Notes under the pieces: generated by a model
Seen by the model: the letters and a program-made list of their open reading frames with translations, nothing else
The model's database searches: none
Told to the model about the DNA's origin: nothing
From: a virus
Taxonomy: Duplodnaviria > Caudoviricetes
IMG/VR virus record: IMGVR_UViG_3300025066_000003
Span: 4,336 to 68,335 of that record
DNA: 64,000 nucleotides
Strand: one strand, 5' to 3'
In this document: piece after piece, positions 10,157 through 19,537 of the stretch
How positions within the stretch are numbered: the first letter of the stretch is position 1
How the letters are laid out: the number at the start of each line of letters is the position of its first letter
Made by a program: the position numbers and the translations under genes

Positions 10157-10704
10157 CAGAAGGGAAGATCATCTGCACCACCATCGGAGTCAGCTGGTAT
10201 AGCATCCTCAGGTGGAGTGCGGTCAGGTTGCTCTGCTTCAAACGTAGAACCATCGAAACCATCAGTAGCTTCGAAGCCACCGCCATCATAATCTCTTTCA
10301 TTCTTCTCAATGATTTGGATACCATTAAGGAATAGACTTAGTGAGTTATCTCTACTAATTACAATAGGAAACAACTTAAGTTTAACCTTATCCCCATTAA
10401 AGGGTAGGGCTGTTGTGGTATTAGCATTAGCATCTACACAAGGGAATGTTTTTACATTCTTCTTTACATAGAGTTTAGTCTTAGCTTTAAGGGTCATACC
10501 TTCTTCTACTTCTTTCATACCGTTTATCTTATCACAACCTAATTCTCGTTGAAGATCCTCAAGCTTCTGCTCTAGTTCTTTATCCAAGATGATAGTGATA
10601 TTATGATTCGAAGCATCAGCACCAAACTTATCGTCTGGTTTATGTAAGTGTGACCACTTTACTTCTACGGTTTCTGTTACAAATGATTCAGTCTTGTTCT
10701 TCAT
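10156..10704 (-). CDS. ssDNA-binding protein (T7 gp2.5-like)
   Basis: WSHLHKPD, SLFLNGIQII, acidic tail ending DDLPF; position in the operon. Confidence 0.8.
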   Translation of the reverse strand: MKNKTESFVTETVEVKWSHLHKPDDKFGADASNHNITIILDKELEQKLEDLQRELGCDKINGMKEVEEGMTLKAKTKLYVKKNVKTFPCVDANANTTTALPFNGDKVKLKLFPIVISRDNSLSLFLNGIQIIEKNERDYDGGGFEATDGFDGSTFEAEQPDRTPPEDAIPADSDGGADDLPF

Positions 10705-10909
10705 TAGTTTCTCCTTCTTCTTCCATTGGCTTTGTACCTTCGGTTATAATAGTAGTAATCGTTTGATTAATACCATTAGAAATCTCTGTCAAAGCCTGAC
10801 TTATATTACCCAGAAATGACAATACTACTTCCGTCTTAATTCCAGGTGGCAATTGAACATCTTGTTCTTCCATATTCTCAGTTACTACTTGTTCTTCTAC
10901 ACTTTCCAT
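10688..10909 (-). CDS. Hypothetical acidic protein
   Basis: 73-aa ORF coupled to its neighbours. Confidence 0.55.
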   Translation of the reverse strand: MESVEEQVVTENMEEQDVQLPPGIKTEVVLSFLGNISQALTEISNGINQTITTIITEGTKPMEEEGETNEEQD

Positions 10910-11613
10910 TAACTATTCTCCTTGTCCATTACCTCTAAGTAAGGGACTCCATCAATAACTACTCCAGCGGAGCAGATAACTTTCTTCACATGATTCTTAG
11001 CGTAGTTCATTGCTAGGTGATTAACGTCTACACCACAGCCTACGTTCATGCCGAAGATTCTAAAATTGTCCTGTCCCTCAAACCAATTCACGTTGGCTAT
11101 ACTATGAGTATGTCCCGATACTGCGGAACAGGCACGACTTTTGGCTAAATTAAACGCAGGGTATTGGGAAGATAACCCAGTACCATGTGTATATAATACA
11201 CCATCAATCATATGTGTGTACTCCCAATCCCAGTTGGGTGTACCATACACTTCATTATATTCTTTAAGATACATAGAAGGGATTCCTGAATCAGACGCAA
11301 GCCTATGTACTCTTTCGTCGTGATTACCAATGCATACCTTTGCATTAGGAAACGCCTTGTGCCAGATCTTCATTGCTTCTTGAGTTTGTTTATACTCCTC
11401 AATAGCTGCCTGAGCTTCAGGGTGTTTCTTATGAAAAGAGATAGCATTATGGTCAATGATATCACCAATAAATACTGTCTCATTTGTTTTATATTTCCTT
11501 CTCACCTTCCTTATAAAAGAAAGATATTGAGGGTGAACAGCAGGTAAATGCAGGTCACCAATTACTAATACTCTACTCACTTTACATGTCTCCGCTTGAA
11601 CGCTTGTTTCCAT
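10909..11613 (-). CDS. Calcineurin-like metallophosphoesterase
   Basis: GDLH, GDIID, GNHD, THG, GHTH motifs. Confidence 0.9.
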   Translation of the reverse strand: METSVQAETCKVSRVLVIGDLHLPAVHPQYLSFIRKVRRKYKTNETVFIGDIIDHNAISFHKKHPEAQAAIEEYKQTQEAMKIWHKAFPNAKVCIGNHDERVHRLASDSGIPSMYLKEYNEVYGTPNWDWEYTHMIDGVLYTHGTGLSSQYPAFNLAKSRACSAVSGHTHSIANVNWFEGQDNFRIFGMNVGCGVDVNHLAMNYAKNHVKKVICSAGVVIDGVPYLEVMDKENS

Positions 11614-11867
11614 TGAACAGATACAGAGGGTAAATCCATCCTCTTACTAGTTTCTTCCAAGGGATACGCTTCCTTGAACTGTCCTTTGTTATCCATTTTA
11701 TGTACCCACTTAATTTTATAGCTCTCAGTAGGCTCGTAAAGATCAATCTCTCCTCGTATATGAGCCCTTTGAAGTTCATTAAGAGTATCATAATCCTTAC
11801 CACGGCAGTCAAACCTACGTCCATTAAGTTGACTACCTGGATTCTTCTTATACCATTCTTCTAACAC
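11577..11867 (-). CDS. Hypothetical protein
   Basis: 96-aa ORF in the operon. Confidence 0.55.
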   Translation of the reverse strand: MLEEWYKKNPGSQLNGRRFDCRGKDYDTLNELQRAHIRGEIDLYEPTESYKIKWVHKMDNKGQFKEAYPLEETSKRMDLPSVSVQWKQAFKRRHVK

Positions 11868-12346
11868 TGATTCTTCTCCTTATATTCTCTTGTTGAGTTA
11901 ATAGGATCCTGTATCCTAGCAGCAGATACCATGTCATTCTCTTTAAGTATGACACAATCAATACTCGTATACCCAAGCTGCTCAGCCACATGATATCTAT
12001 TGTTGCCTGTAAAGACAGCCATCTGTACATCCTTTGACTCCCAGTCAATGGGATGTCGATACAACCACATAGCAAAGTTCCCTTCCCAACGGTCAGTTAA
12101 TTCTTTAGTTATAGGTATGACAACCACAGGATTAATCATACCTTTCTCTTTAATATCATTCTTTAATGGATCAAAGAAGTCCTCTCCTTCGACTCCATAC
12201 TTTTCATTCTTTGTTTTCTCAACCAGAGGAAAGAAAGTCCACAGATCTTTAAGATCTAGTTGAACAACCTTTAGGTCATTCCACACCTCATACTCACTGT
12301 AGAGATTTCCTTCTTCTTTTGGTAGGATTCTTCTTCTTAAGAACAT
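11861..12346 (-). CDS. Second ParB/Srx-like domain protein
   Basis: DIKEKGMINPVVV...VFTGNNRYHVAEQLG..IDCVI. Confidence 0.65.
   Translation of the reverse strand: MFLRRRILPKEEGNLYSEYEVWNDLKVVQLDLKDLWTFFPLVEKTKNEKYGVEGEDFFDPLKNDIKEKGMINPVVVIPITKELTDRWEGNFAMWLYRHPIDWESKDVQMAVFTGNNRYHVAEQLGYTSIDCVILKENDMVSAARIQDPINSTREYKEKNQC
12315..12331 (-). promoter_or_regulatory. Putative phage RNAP promoter, class B (AGAATCCTACCAAAAGA)
   Basis: 17-mer identical to copies at 21526, 24798 and 24852. Confidence 0.65.
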
Positions 12347-12570
12347 TAAGTTTCCTCCGGTATAAATACATTGATCTCTAATCCTGATAGAGGAGACAAT
12401 CGGTTATCATGAAACGTCTCGGCAAGGTTGTTTAGAAATATCTTAGACAACGCCCTGCTTGGAAACGAAAAGGATAACACCTTCTCTCCTTGTAGATTCT
12501 TAACCAATTCTGTAGTATATTCTATAGCGTTTTCCATATCATGTTCACTATCTATCATTAACATAGTCAT
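12346..12570 (-). CDS. Hypothetical protein
   Basis: 74-aa ORF with overlapping start/stop junctions. Confidence 0.6.
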   Translation of the reverse strand: MTMLMIDSEHDMENAIEYTTELVKNLQGEKVLSFSFPSRALSKIFLNNLAETFHDNRLSPLSGLEINVFIPEET

Positions 12571-12815
12571 TCCTTTTCCCCCTTAGTTAAACACTCCATA
12601 GATATAATCATACCTAAAGGAATGTTATGCACAGTACCAGTCATATTATTACAGACGGTATCTGTTATTGAAATATAATCTTCTGACTCAAGTAACACGT
12701 AGCCGATTTGTTCTACTATAGGTAGTTTTGTATGGCAATACTCATATGCTTCTTCTGCGGATACCCACTCAGGACCTCCTTGAGATAGAGCATCCCTCCA
12801 TACTATCCTTCTCAT
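12567..12815 (-). CDS. Small phage protein (IVWRDA...W...GY...IP.G.I pattern)
   Basis: Start reassigned to ATG 12815 just after the RNAP stop; pattern common among phage hypotheticals. Confidence 0.6.
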   Translation of the reverse strand: MRRIVWRDALSQGGPEWVSAEEAYEYCHTKLPIVEQIGYVLLESEDYISITDTVCNNMTGTVHNIPLGMIISMECLTKGEKE

Positions 12816-12816
12816 A

Positions 12817-15270
12817 TCAGGTGAATAAATAATCCGACTCAAGAACTCCTCTGATATCGAGTCCCCCTCTGGTTGGCAGCTTTGGCAACTGCAACCCGAG
12901 GTCTGTTTCGACATCCTCGCAGAACTTCTCGAGCAAGTTTTCCTTGTGCATTTCATAAAATTCTTCTCTAATAAACTCTCTTAACATTCCCATGTCTGGA
13001 GCAGGACACCCAAAGGAATCGTGCACCATTGAGAACTGATATAACCCATTAGTTAGGGCTCTATATAAAGTACAAAACATATGACTAGCATCTAAACTAT
13101 GAATCCAATTAGGAGATATAGCTTGCTCTACTGCCTTAGGGTCTATGTCTGTACTACTATGAGAAGCAAAGATTAATTCCTTACGATTAAACAAGGTAGC
13201 AAAGCTTCTTCTTTTGGTAGGTTTCTGATAAGCATGGACAACAGTAAACCCTGAGGGTACCGTGTATTTTATATGCTCGTTAAGGTTACTGACGATGTTG
13301 GCTACCTTCTTAAGATAAGCCTTACCTGCATTGGGCAACTCTAGAGATTCCTCTAGCCCTGCCTTAATTGCACGGGATAGTTCTGTTATCCCCCCACCCT
13401 GTCTATCCTTATCTAGCCAATCAAGATGCCCCTCTATCTTCACATACTTTTGTATACCATAGAAAGTAAGACCGTATGCATCACACATTGTAGATCTCTT
13501 AGTAACATCTCTATTTATATTACCATCCCAGTGGTCTAACATCTCTCCTAATATAGGTAGATCATCTTTATTTAATTCACAATACTTAGTAACCCTATTA
13601 GCGATGTGCCCATATAAATCTTTTGGTATATCATTAGGTGATACATTGGTTAAAGACCCTATCACCTCATCTCTCATGACTGCTGACCAATGTTGTGAGC
13701 CATTACATGCTCCATCTAATTGGACACCAACCTGTGTCATACCATCTGTACGACAGAGATCAAAGATAGCCGCAAGTCTTTGGAACGAGGGATTCTTTTT
13801 CTTCTTATCGCTTACCCATTCCTTATTATCATAGGGGTTATCATTAATTCTTTGTAGCATCTCCATATTATCCTCAGTCCACTTGACCCTATCATCTAAA
13901 GATACTTTATCTTGGTCAAATAGATTAGCAACATGGATCTTTGACCACCGTAATCCTTCTTCTGTTTGTACCCTTGGTTCTGCAAACATGATGAGACTCT
14001 TATCGAAGTCAGACCCTTGACATGACAGTAATTCACACGTACTGTATGCCCTACCTCTAAAGTCTAGGGTATAAGGCATGTACCAGAAGTCATGCTTCGC
14101 CATATCCTTAGCTAACATAAGCCTAATAAGTAGTCTGCATCTCTTCTGTTCTCCTTTGAACCATTCAGCCCACTCTTGTTCTCTCCGTACACACCACTTA
14201 GCCTTCTCTTCTTTAGTACCCTTACTCGGATACTCTTCATTAAAATCAAAAGAGTCGGACGAGTATGCGGGTAGGTTGGCTAACTGGGTGTTGTTATAGA
14301 ACAGAGTCTCCATAACTTCCAAGACCTTAGTGTTAACTGCCCACTCGGTATTCATCATAGCATTCAGACCATCTAACACTAACTGACTAGGCTTAGACCA
14401 TTGTTGTTTATGGCGGAAGCCAGTAAAGTAATCCGAAGAATACTTCTGTACCACTTCCTTCCGTATCCAATGGTTGTAGTAGCCCCCACTACGTTCTATA
14501 GTGTGATCTACTGGTGGTACAATCATAGGTCTATATAGTAATACCGTAGTCTCTAATAACTTATGCTTATTATGGAGATCTTTTAGTATCTCAGGATTTA
14601 ATGTAATGAATAACTTTTGTTTCCATATCTTACCCATTAAATGCCTCTGATTTATAGACTGTAAGATGTCTGAAGCCTCTGCTATCCTTATCATATGATG
14701 TCCAAAGTCTTGTCGTCTCTTTAAGGTAAAGAACTTCATGTTCCCTACCTTCTTAGCAAACGCATTACATCTCTTTGGTGTCCAGTTCTTAATAAACTTA
14801 GACTGTCTTCTCCAATCATCCTTAAACTCTTCCTTGGATTGTTGGTACGCCACTATGTTTAAGACCTCTGTTGATATAACATTGGCTAATCTCTGTGCAG
14901 TGGGCAAAGGATATGCTGAGTTCATGTATCCTATGAACTCTTCTTCGAACATTGATGACCTCAGCCACTCCCTTAAGAAACATCTGATAGTTAAATCAGC
15001 CATCTTAGAAGCACCTATGGATAACAGGGGAATCACCCATTCAGGTGTCCTGAGTCCACTACACATTTTATCTATCCACTCTTGATAGAATGGGGTAAGA
15101 TGTATTACAACAGAATCTAACAACTGTTGCTCTGGTATCCCCTCATCCGGAGCACGTTCGTACTCTCTCCAGTATTTAGTGATACCACTAGACATCATGC
15201 CCTCTTCTAGGACATTCTGCTCTAGTATTCTTTTCTGCTGTTCTTCGGGTGTTAACCTATTCCAAAGCAT
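12817..15270 (-). CDS. T7-type single-subunit RNA polymerase, copy 1 (817 aa)
   Basis: DFRGR, motif A DGACNGSQH, motif B RDVTKRSTMCDAYG, PNWIHSLDA, motif C VHDSF. Confidence 0.97.
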   Translation of the reverse strand: MLWNRLTPEEQQKRILEQNVLEEGMMSSGITKYWREYERAPDEGIPEQQLLDSVVIHLTPFYQEWIDKMCSGLRTPEWVIPLLSIGASKMADLTIRCFLREWLRSSMFEEEFIGYMNSAYPLPTAQRLANVISTEVLNIVAYQQSKEEFKDDWRRQSKFIKNWTPKRCNAFAKKVGNMKFFTLKRRQDFGHHMIRIAEASDILQSINQRHLMGKIWKQKLFITLNPEILKDLHNKHKLLETTVLLYRPMIVPPVDHTIERSGGYYNHWIRKEVVQKYSSDYFTGFRHKQQWSKPSQLVLDGLNAMMNTEWAVNTKVLEVMETLFYNNTQLANLPAYSSDSFDFNEEYPSKGTKEEKAKWCVRREQEWAEWFKGEQKRCRLLIRLMLAKDMAKHDFWYMPYTLDFRGRAYSTCELLSCQGSDFDKSLIMFAEPRVQTEEGLRWSKIHVANLFDQDKVSLDDRVKWTEDNMEMLQRINDNPYDNKEWVSDKKKKNPSFQRLAAIFDLCRTDGMTQVGVQLDGACNGSQHWSAVMRDEVIGSLTNVSPNDIPKDLYGHIANRVTKYCELNKDDLPILGEMLDHWDGNINRDVTKRSTMCDAYGLTFYGIQKYVKIEGHLDWLDKDRQGGGITELSRAIKAGLEESLELPNAGKAYLKKVANIVSNLNEHIKYTVPSGFTVVHAYQKPTKRRSFATLFNRKELIFASHSSTDIDPKAVEQAISPNWIHSLDASHMFCTLYRALTNGLYQFSMVHDSFGCPAPDMGMLREFIREEFYEMHKENLLEKFCEDVETDLGLQLPKLPTRGGLDIRGVLESDYLFT
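13210..13226 (-). promoter_or_regulatory. Putative class B promoter inside the RNAP1 gene (AGAAACCTACCAAAAGA)
   Basis: 16/17 match to the class B motif. Confidence 0.5.
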
Positions 15271-15301
15271 ACGCGGTCTCCTAAGTTAAAGTGATAAGTA
15301 G

Positions 15302-15323
15302 TATACTACTATACCCGTTTCTA
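15302..15323 (-). promoter_or_regulatory. Putative class A promoter directly upstream of RNAP1 (TAGAAACGGGTATAGTAGTATA)
   Basis: Intergenic; 20-nt identity with the copy at 28267-28286. Confidence 0.7.
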
Positions 15324-15329
15324 GGGTAG

Positions 15330-16349
15330 TTAACAGTATTCTAACGCTCTCTTCATAACAGTGATAGAATTAGATGCGTTCTTACCAAACAGGTTGTTAT
15401 CAACCCTAGAATCAGAGCTAGTCTTACGACCCTTCTTGCTTTCATTAAACTGCAGGTAATTAGTTACAGCGTTCGCTGCAATCCAAGCATTAGGTCTATT
15501 AACATTCAACTCTTGCATCTCATTATCAAATGTAGTACTCCATGTACTAATAGACGCTACTGCTCTCTTGTAAATCTTCTCATCCTCATCAGACTTAAAG
15601 TTACTAGGTAAGACAACAGTTTCTTTATTCAAATCTTGGTATACATCTAACCAGAATCTTTGGATTTGTTCTTTATCCCAATCAGTAGCCACTAGTCGGC
15701 TAACATTATCCTTAAAGAATCTTCCTGTTTCTCTAAAGAAACTCAATGCTTCTGTTGCCTGAGATAGTTTATCTTGCATATCTCCTTGGTGTGTAAACCT
15801 AAACATATTCTTTGATCCATTAGCCATAGCCATATGTAAGGTGTTAGCACAGACAACCCGTATGCTAGTAGGCAATCCAGATAGAGTCATTGAACCATCG
15901 TGTCCGTTACACAATAACATATACTGGTCAACCATATCATTTGATTGAGCCATGAATGAATCACACTTAACTAAACAATAGATTCTTCCACCATTCCTTA
16001 GTGAACCAAACGATTCAACTACGGTATCCTCTCCGCCCAAACTGTAAGCCAACTCTGCCAACTCAGCATTCTGTACTACATTATAACTAGGACTAACCCA
16101 GCCAACAACATCTCCAGTATCTTGGCGGATGTTAGCAACCTTCTTACTTGTATACGTAACATCTACTAAACCCTCAGCAGTCTTATAGGTACAGCCGATC
16201 TCACTACTAGGTACTACATTCCAATCAAGGTGTGCTTCACGCAACGCCTGTCTAGGATTGCAATCCTCATTTACTACGACACCTAAACCGTGCCACGCTT
16301 TTTCTTTTCGATACATTGCTGTATCATTTTCAAACATTTCTGAACTCAT
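15330..16349 (-). CDS. DUF932/TIGR03299-like phage/plasmid protein
   Basis: AWHGLG, YNVVQNAE, GSLRNGGR, NGHDGS, TSIRVVCANTL. Confidence 0.85.
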   Translation of the reverse strand: MSSEMFENDTAMYRKEKAWHGLGVVVNEDCNPRQALREAHLDWNVVPSSEIGCTYKTAEGLVDVTYTSKKVANIRQDTGDVVGWVSPSYNVVQNAELAELAYSLGGEDTVVESFGSLRNGGRIYCLVKCDSFMAQSNDMVDQYMLLCNGHDGSMTLSGLPTSIRVVCANTLHMAMANGSKNMFRFTHQGDMQDKLSQATEALSFFRETGRFFKDNVSRLVATDWDKEQIQRFWLDVYQDLNKETVVLPSNFKSDEDEKIYKRAVASISTWSTTFDNEMQELNVNRPNAWIAANAVTNYLQFNESKKGRKTSSDSRVDNNLFGKNASNSITVMKRALEYC

Positions 16350-16621
16350 TTGTTCTCCTTAATTTTTTCTATCATTTTTCTAACTTCTATCTTTTCATCC
16401 TCAGTAAGATTACCCAAGGCTAAGTCCCACCTTAAATCATACTCTTCCTTAGAGATATCACTAGTTCTCCTAGTGTCTCCTTTACCCGCTTGGTTATTTT
16501 TGTTATGATTAAATGGTGTCCATTTATCCTTATTAGTTTTCCACCTACCAGAAGATACGCCATCTCCCTTGTTTTTATTCAAATGTCTTTGCATATCTCT
16601 ATTGATTTCTGCTTCTTCCAT
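16346..16621 (-). CDS. Hypothetical protein
   Basis: 91-aa ORF with RBS. Confidence 0.6.
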   Translation of the reverse strand: MEEAEINRDMQRHLNKNKGDGVSSGRWKTNKDKWTPFNHNKNNQAGKGDTRRTSDISKEEYDLRWDLALGNLTEDEKIEVRKMIEKIKENK

Positions 16622-16698
16622 ATTTTTTCCTTAACATATAGCTGTCAATAACGCAGCCTTTCCAAATATAACATAAAGTCTATTCCAATATAACATTC

Positions 16699-17037
16699 TC
16701 ATACTTCATTTACCTCATAGGTTGCTTCGAAGCAACCATATCCACGATGATCGTATTCAATGTGTGATAGTTCTGCCATCCAATCACATTCATACTCTCC
16801 ATAATCATCGTCTTGTCTGTAACATCCTTGTACTCTTGTAAATATCACACTCTCAATATCTACAGGATATTTCACCACAATTTCTTGAGTTGTTAAGGAT
16901 AATCTTAGATCTTTATCAGTATATTTTCCATCGCCCCACTCATAGTACCCTATACCCTGATCTTCTACCTGAAACTCACACTCTGTCTCTACTATATCAC
17001 GGATATCATCTTCATCTACGTATTGTATGTCTATCAT
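16699..17037 (-). CDS. Hypothetical acidic protein
   Basis: 112-aa ORF with overlapping junction. Confidence 0.6.
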   Translation of the reverse strand: MIDIQYVDEDDIRDIVETECEFQVEDQGIGYYEWGDGKYTDKDLRLSLTTQEIVVKYPVDIESVIFTRVQGCYRQDDDYGEYECDWMAELSHIEYDHRGYGCFEATYEVNEV

Positions 17038-17378
17038 CCTTCACTCCTCTCAGACTTATTAAGGTTAGAACCGTACTGCTCCGCCATAGCACGTTCCTTA
17101 CCTTCACGTCCCTCACCAGACTCAAGGTAACAATCTACTGGGAACGAAGGTACGTCTAGTATTACCTTAAGATTAGATAACTGCTTCGTTACTGCCTTGT
17201 CTACAAGAGTATCTATCTTCTCATTCACATGCCGAAGAATCACACCTTCGAGTTCCTTTTGGATTGTCTCGAACTGTTTAGTTATCTCGGCATCGGATGC
17301 CAAGCGTACTATCTCCTCTATCTCCTGCTCCATCTCACTAATTACTTCACTGGTGTCTACATCTACTGATATATACAT
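17034..17378 (-). CDS. Hypothetical protein
   Basis: 114-aa ORF with TAATG junction. Confidence 0.6.
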   Translation of the reverse strand: MYISVDVDTSEVISEMEQEIEEIVRLASDAEITKQFETIQKELEGVILRHVNEKIDTLVDKAVTKQLSNLKVILDVPSFPVDCYLESGEGREGKERAMAEQYGSNLNKSERSEG

Positions 17379-17554
17379 TACTTATATTCCTTTACTTGGT
17401 AGGGTGTATCACCCTTTTTCCTCATTGAGTTAAAGTCATCAGCATCTTGCTGTGCTTGTCGTTTGAATTGGTAAATACTAGGCTTACCATCTTCTTCGAT
17501 CCACCACTTACCATCAATTATGATGCCCCATTGCTTTGGTTTATCCTTCTTCAT
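17378..17554 (-). CDS. Hypothetical 58-aa protein (absent from the ORF track)
   Basis: MKKDKPKQWGIIIDGKWWIEEDGK...; exactly fills the gap, with overlaps at both ends. Confidence 0.6.
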   Translation of the reverse strand: MKKDKPKQWGIIIDGKWWIEEDGKPSIYQFKRQAQQDADDFNSMRKKGDTPYQVKEYK

Positions 17555-17763
17555 TTTCCCATCTCCATCAATATAGCAGAGAGTGTACCTATATTAGCAT
17601 TCACCATCTCTATATGGTATCGTTCGCCCCATACTTCACCACCATGAAAGCATCGGATGCAATCATGGATAGCATTCTTAAGTCTACGATCCCGCATGTC
17701 TGCAGGTTTTGACATCAGTAACTCTAGTGCTGTGTCTATTATGTGTAAGTCTTGGCTTGTCAT
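17551..17763 (-). CDS. Hypothetical protein
   Basis: 70-aa ORF with AGGAG RBS. Confidence 0.6.
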   Translation of the reverse strand: MTSQDLHIIDTALELLMSKPADMRDRRLKNAIHDCIRCFHGGEVWGERYHIEMVNANIGTLSAILMEMGK

Positions 17764-18026
17764 GTCTTTCTCTCCTTAAATACATCATCACAAATCTCTC
17801 GGAATTGTTCTGATACCCACTGCCAGTCCAAATCATTGAACCGACCAGCAATCTCAGCCCACTCATCATCAGTAACCTGTAAGTCAGGTGTTTCTGGATC
17901 ATCAGTATAATCATTGATAGCCCAGTTAGCCTCATCACGTCCAAACCATATAACAGCAAGTTCGTTATGGGGGTTCTCCTTCAAGAACTTTACCATCTGA
18001 TCATACATCCAGTTGTTTGTAGTCAT
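17760..18026 (-). CDS. Hypothetical protein
   Basis: Start reassigned to MTTNNW behind an AAGGAG RBS. Confidence 0.55.
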   Translation of the reverse strand: MTTNNWMYDQMVKFLKENPHNELAVIWFGRDEANWAINDYTDDPETPDLQVTDDEWAEIAGRFNDLDWQWVSEQFREICDDVFKERKT

Positions 18027-18144
18027 CTTCAATCTCCTTTTCCATTTCCTCATCGCATTCGGTACAGTAATAATCATCGTCAAGGCGAACCATGAAATCA
18101 ACCGACTCCATCTCTCCGCACCTGTCGCATAGTTTATGTATCAT
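18001..18144 (-). CDS. Small zinc-finger protein (CxxC...CxxC)
   Basis: MIHKLCDRC...YCTEC. Confidence 0.55.
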   Translation of the reverse strand: MIHKLCDRCGEMESVDFMVRLDDDYYCTECDEEMEKEIEDDYKQLDV

Positions 18145-18268
18145 CTTCAACAATCTCCCAATGCTGGAGAACCACATCAAGTGCTTCTTGCTCTGCTTCT
18201 TCAAATGTTTCTGCATCTATTGTAAACTCCATCACAGATGGGTCAATAATTATTTTATAAATCATCAT
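18134..18268 (-). CDS. Hypothetical 44-aa acidic protein
   Basis: MMIYKIIID...FTIDAETFEEAEQEA; coupled junctions. Confidence 0.5.
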   Translation of the reverse strand: MMIYKIIIDPSVMEFTIDAETFEEAEQEALDVVLQHWEIVEDDT

Positions 18269-18408
18269 CCAGTTCCTTGTACTTGCATCATAGTATTAAG
18301 TTTTCTTTCGATCTCTTGTAGTTGAGTACTAAACTCACGGTTCAGTATACCCCTAGCATACATATCAAGAGCCTCACGTAGTATGATTAGTTCTTCAATC
18401 GTTAGCAT
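18265..18408 (-). CDS. Hypothetical 47-aa protein
   Basis: MLTIEELIILREALDMY...; fills the gap. Confidence 0.5.
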   Translation of the reverse strand: MLTIEELIILREALDMYARGILNREFSTQLQEIERKLNTMMQVQGTG

Positions 18409-18721
18409 CCTTTGCCTCCTGTTCACGTTTCAGTAGCCATTGTATATCAGCCCGTTCATTCTCTATTAGTTCAACGTCTTGATGATCATCTAGTTCATCG
18501 TACCTATACTCTTGGTCTTGCCATCCAGTATAGTCTATGTCATAGGGCACAGTGGTATCGTCAAGATACTTCTCTAATGCGTCTTCAGGTGAGTCAGCCT
18601 CATAGATATGCATACCTGATTCCCATATGGTACTTGTTATAGTAACAGGTACACCATAGAACTTTCTATCACTCTTAATTATTTCCTCAGGGATTACATT
18701 CCCATTCATATCATGTCGCAT
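18395..18721 (-). CDS. Hypothetical acidic protein
   Basis: 108-aa ORF with RBS. Confidence 0.6.
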   Translation of the reverse strand: MRHDMNGNVIPEEIIKSDRKFYGVPVTITSTIWESGMHIYEADSPEDALEKYLDDTTVPYDIDYTGWQDQEYRYDELDDHQDVELIENERADIQWLLKREQEAKDAND

Positions 18722-19082
18722 TGGATTCTCCTAGTCTGTTGATCCAGTATTTCTTTTCGTCAGCATGTGTCCATATGTGTCCAGCAACTCGTATTTCCCA
18801 GTACTCGTCATCTTCGGGTGGTATCCAGTAGTTAGGTGTACCATAAGCATTACCCCAAGGGTCATCAGGTGGCTCGACTTCATCAAGTGATGTCTCACCT
18901 TCACAGGTACAACACCAATCCATACTAAAGTCTTCCACACAATCCACAAACGCTAAGTCATTGTTAGGATCGAACCAAGCAGATGCCATAGATTGTACAT
19001 CACTGCTACCACACTCACTACATACCCACTGTGGTTTATAGTTACTGTAAGGGTTCATTGGATTCTGATTATTCATCTTCAT
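18711..19082 (-). CDS. Zinc-ribbon-like hypothetical protein
   Basis: CSECG...CCTCEG. Confidence 0.6.
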   Translation of the reverse strand: MKMNNQNPMNPYSNYKPQWVCSECGSSDVQSMASAWFDPNNDLAFVDCVEDFSMDWCCTCEGETSLDEVEPPDDPWGNAYGTPNYWIPPEDDEYWEIRVAGHIWTHADEKKYWINRLGESNAT

Positions 19083-19350
19083 CTCCTATAAAAGTTATAG
19101 TTACCTTCGCTACCCTTCCCCCAGAGTATTCGATATCAACAGGGTAACAGCCATCTCCATAGCCACTATTGATAAGCATACCTATACCCTCACCTAAGGG
19201 TGTTTGTACTGTCGCATCAAAGTCTAGTGTATTACAGAACTCTTGCCAGTCCTCTACTTTATAACTAGCATCGTCTCCCATGATATAACATGGGTCGCCT
19301 ACCCAGATACACCCCGCATCTACACCTATTTTATTCTTCATCTTCTTCAT
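19069..19350 (-). CDS. Conserved phage protein (DUF4241-like)
   Basis: GVDAG...DPCY...SGYGDG.YPV pattern. Confidence 0.6.
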   Translation of the reverse strand: MKKMKNKIGVDAGCIWVGDPCYIMGDDASYKVEDWQEFCNTLDFDATVQTPLGEGIGMLINSGYGDGCYPVDIEYSGGRVAKVTITFIGDEDE

Positions 19351-19537
19351 CCTTCTCTATACTTAGGTTAAAGCCGTAGTAATTACACAATGCATCAACG
19401 CTGTCTAGGTCTCCACATCCTCCATTATCCCCACCACATGCATGGTAAAAGGAAGAGGCTACGCTACGCCAGTCAATTACATCGCCATCTTTATCTAGTT
19501 CATTCTTCATTGGTTGTCCTCTCGTGCCAGTCTTCAA
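19331..19537 (-). CDS. Hypothetical protein
   Basis: 68-aa ORF in the early cluster. Confidence 0.45.
   Translation of the reverse strand: MKTGTRGQPMKNELDKDGDVIDWRSVASSFYHACGGDNGGCGDLDSVDALCNYYGFNLSIEKDEEDEE

Noticed and set aside
12816-12956. Cys-rich N-terminal extension of ORF 12567-12956
   Set aside because: It overlaps the RNAP1 3' end in another frame; ATG 12815 is the more plausible start
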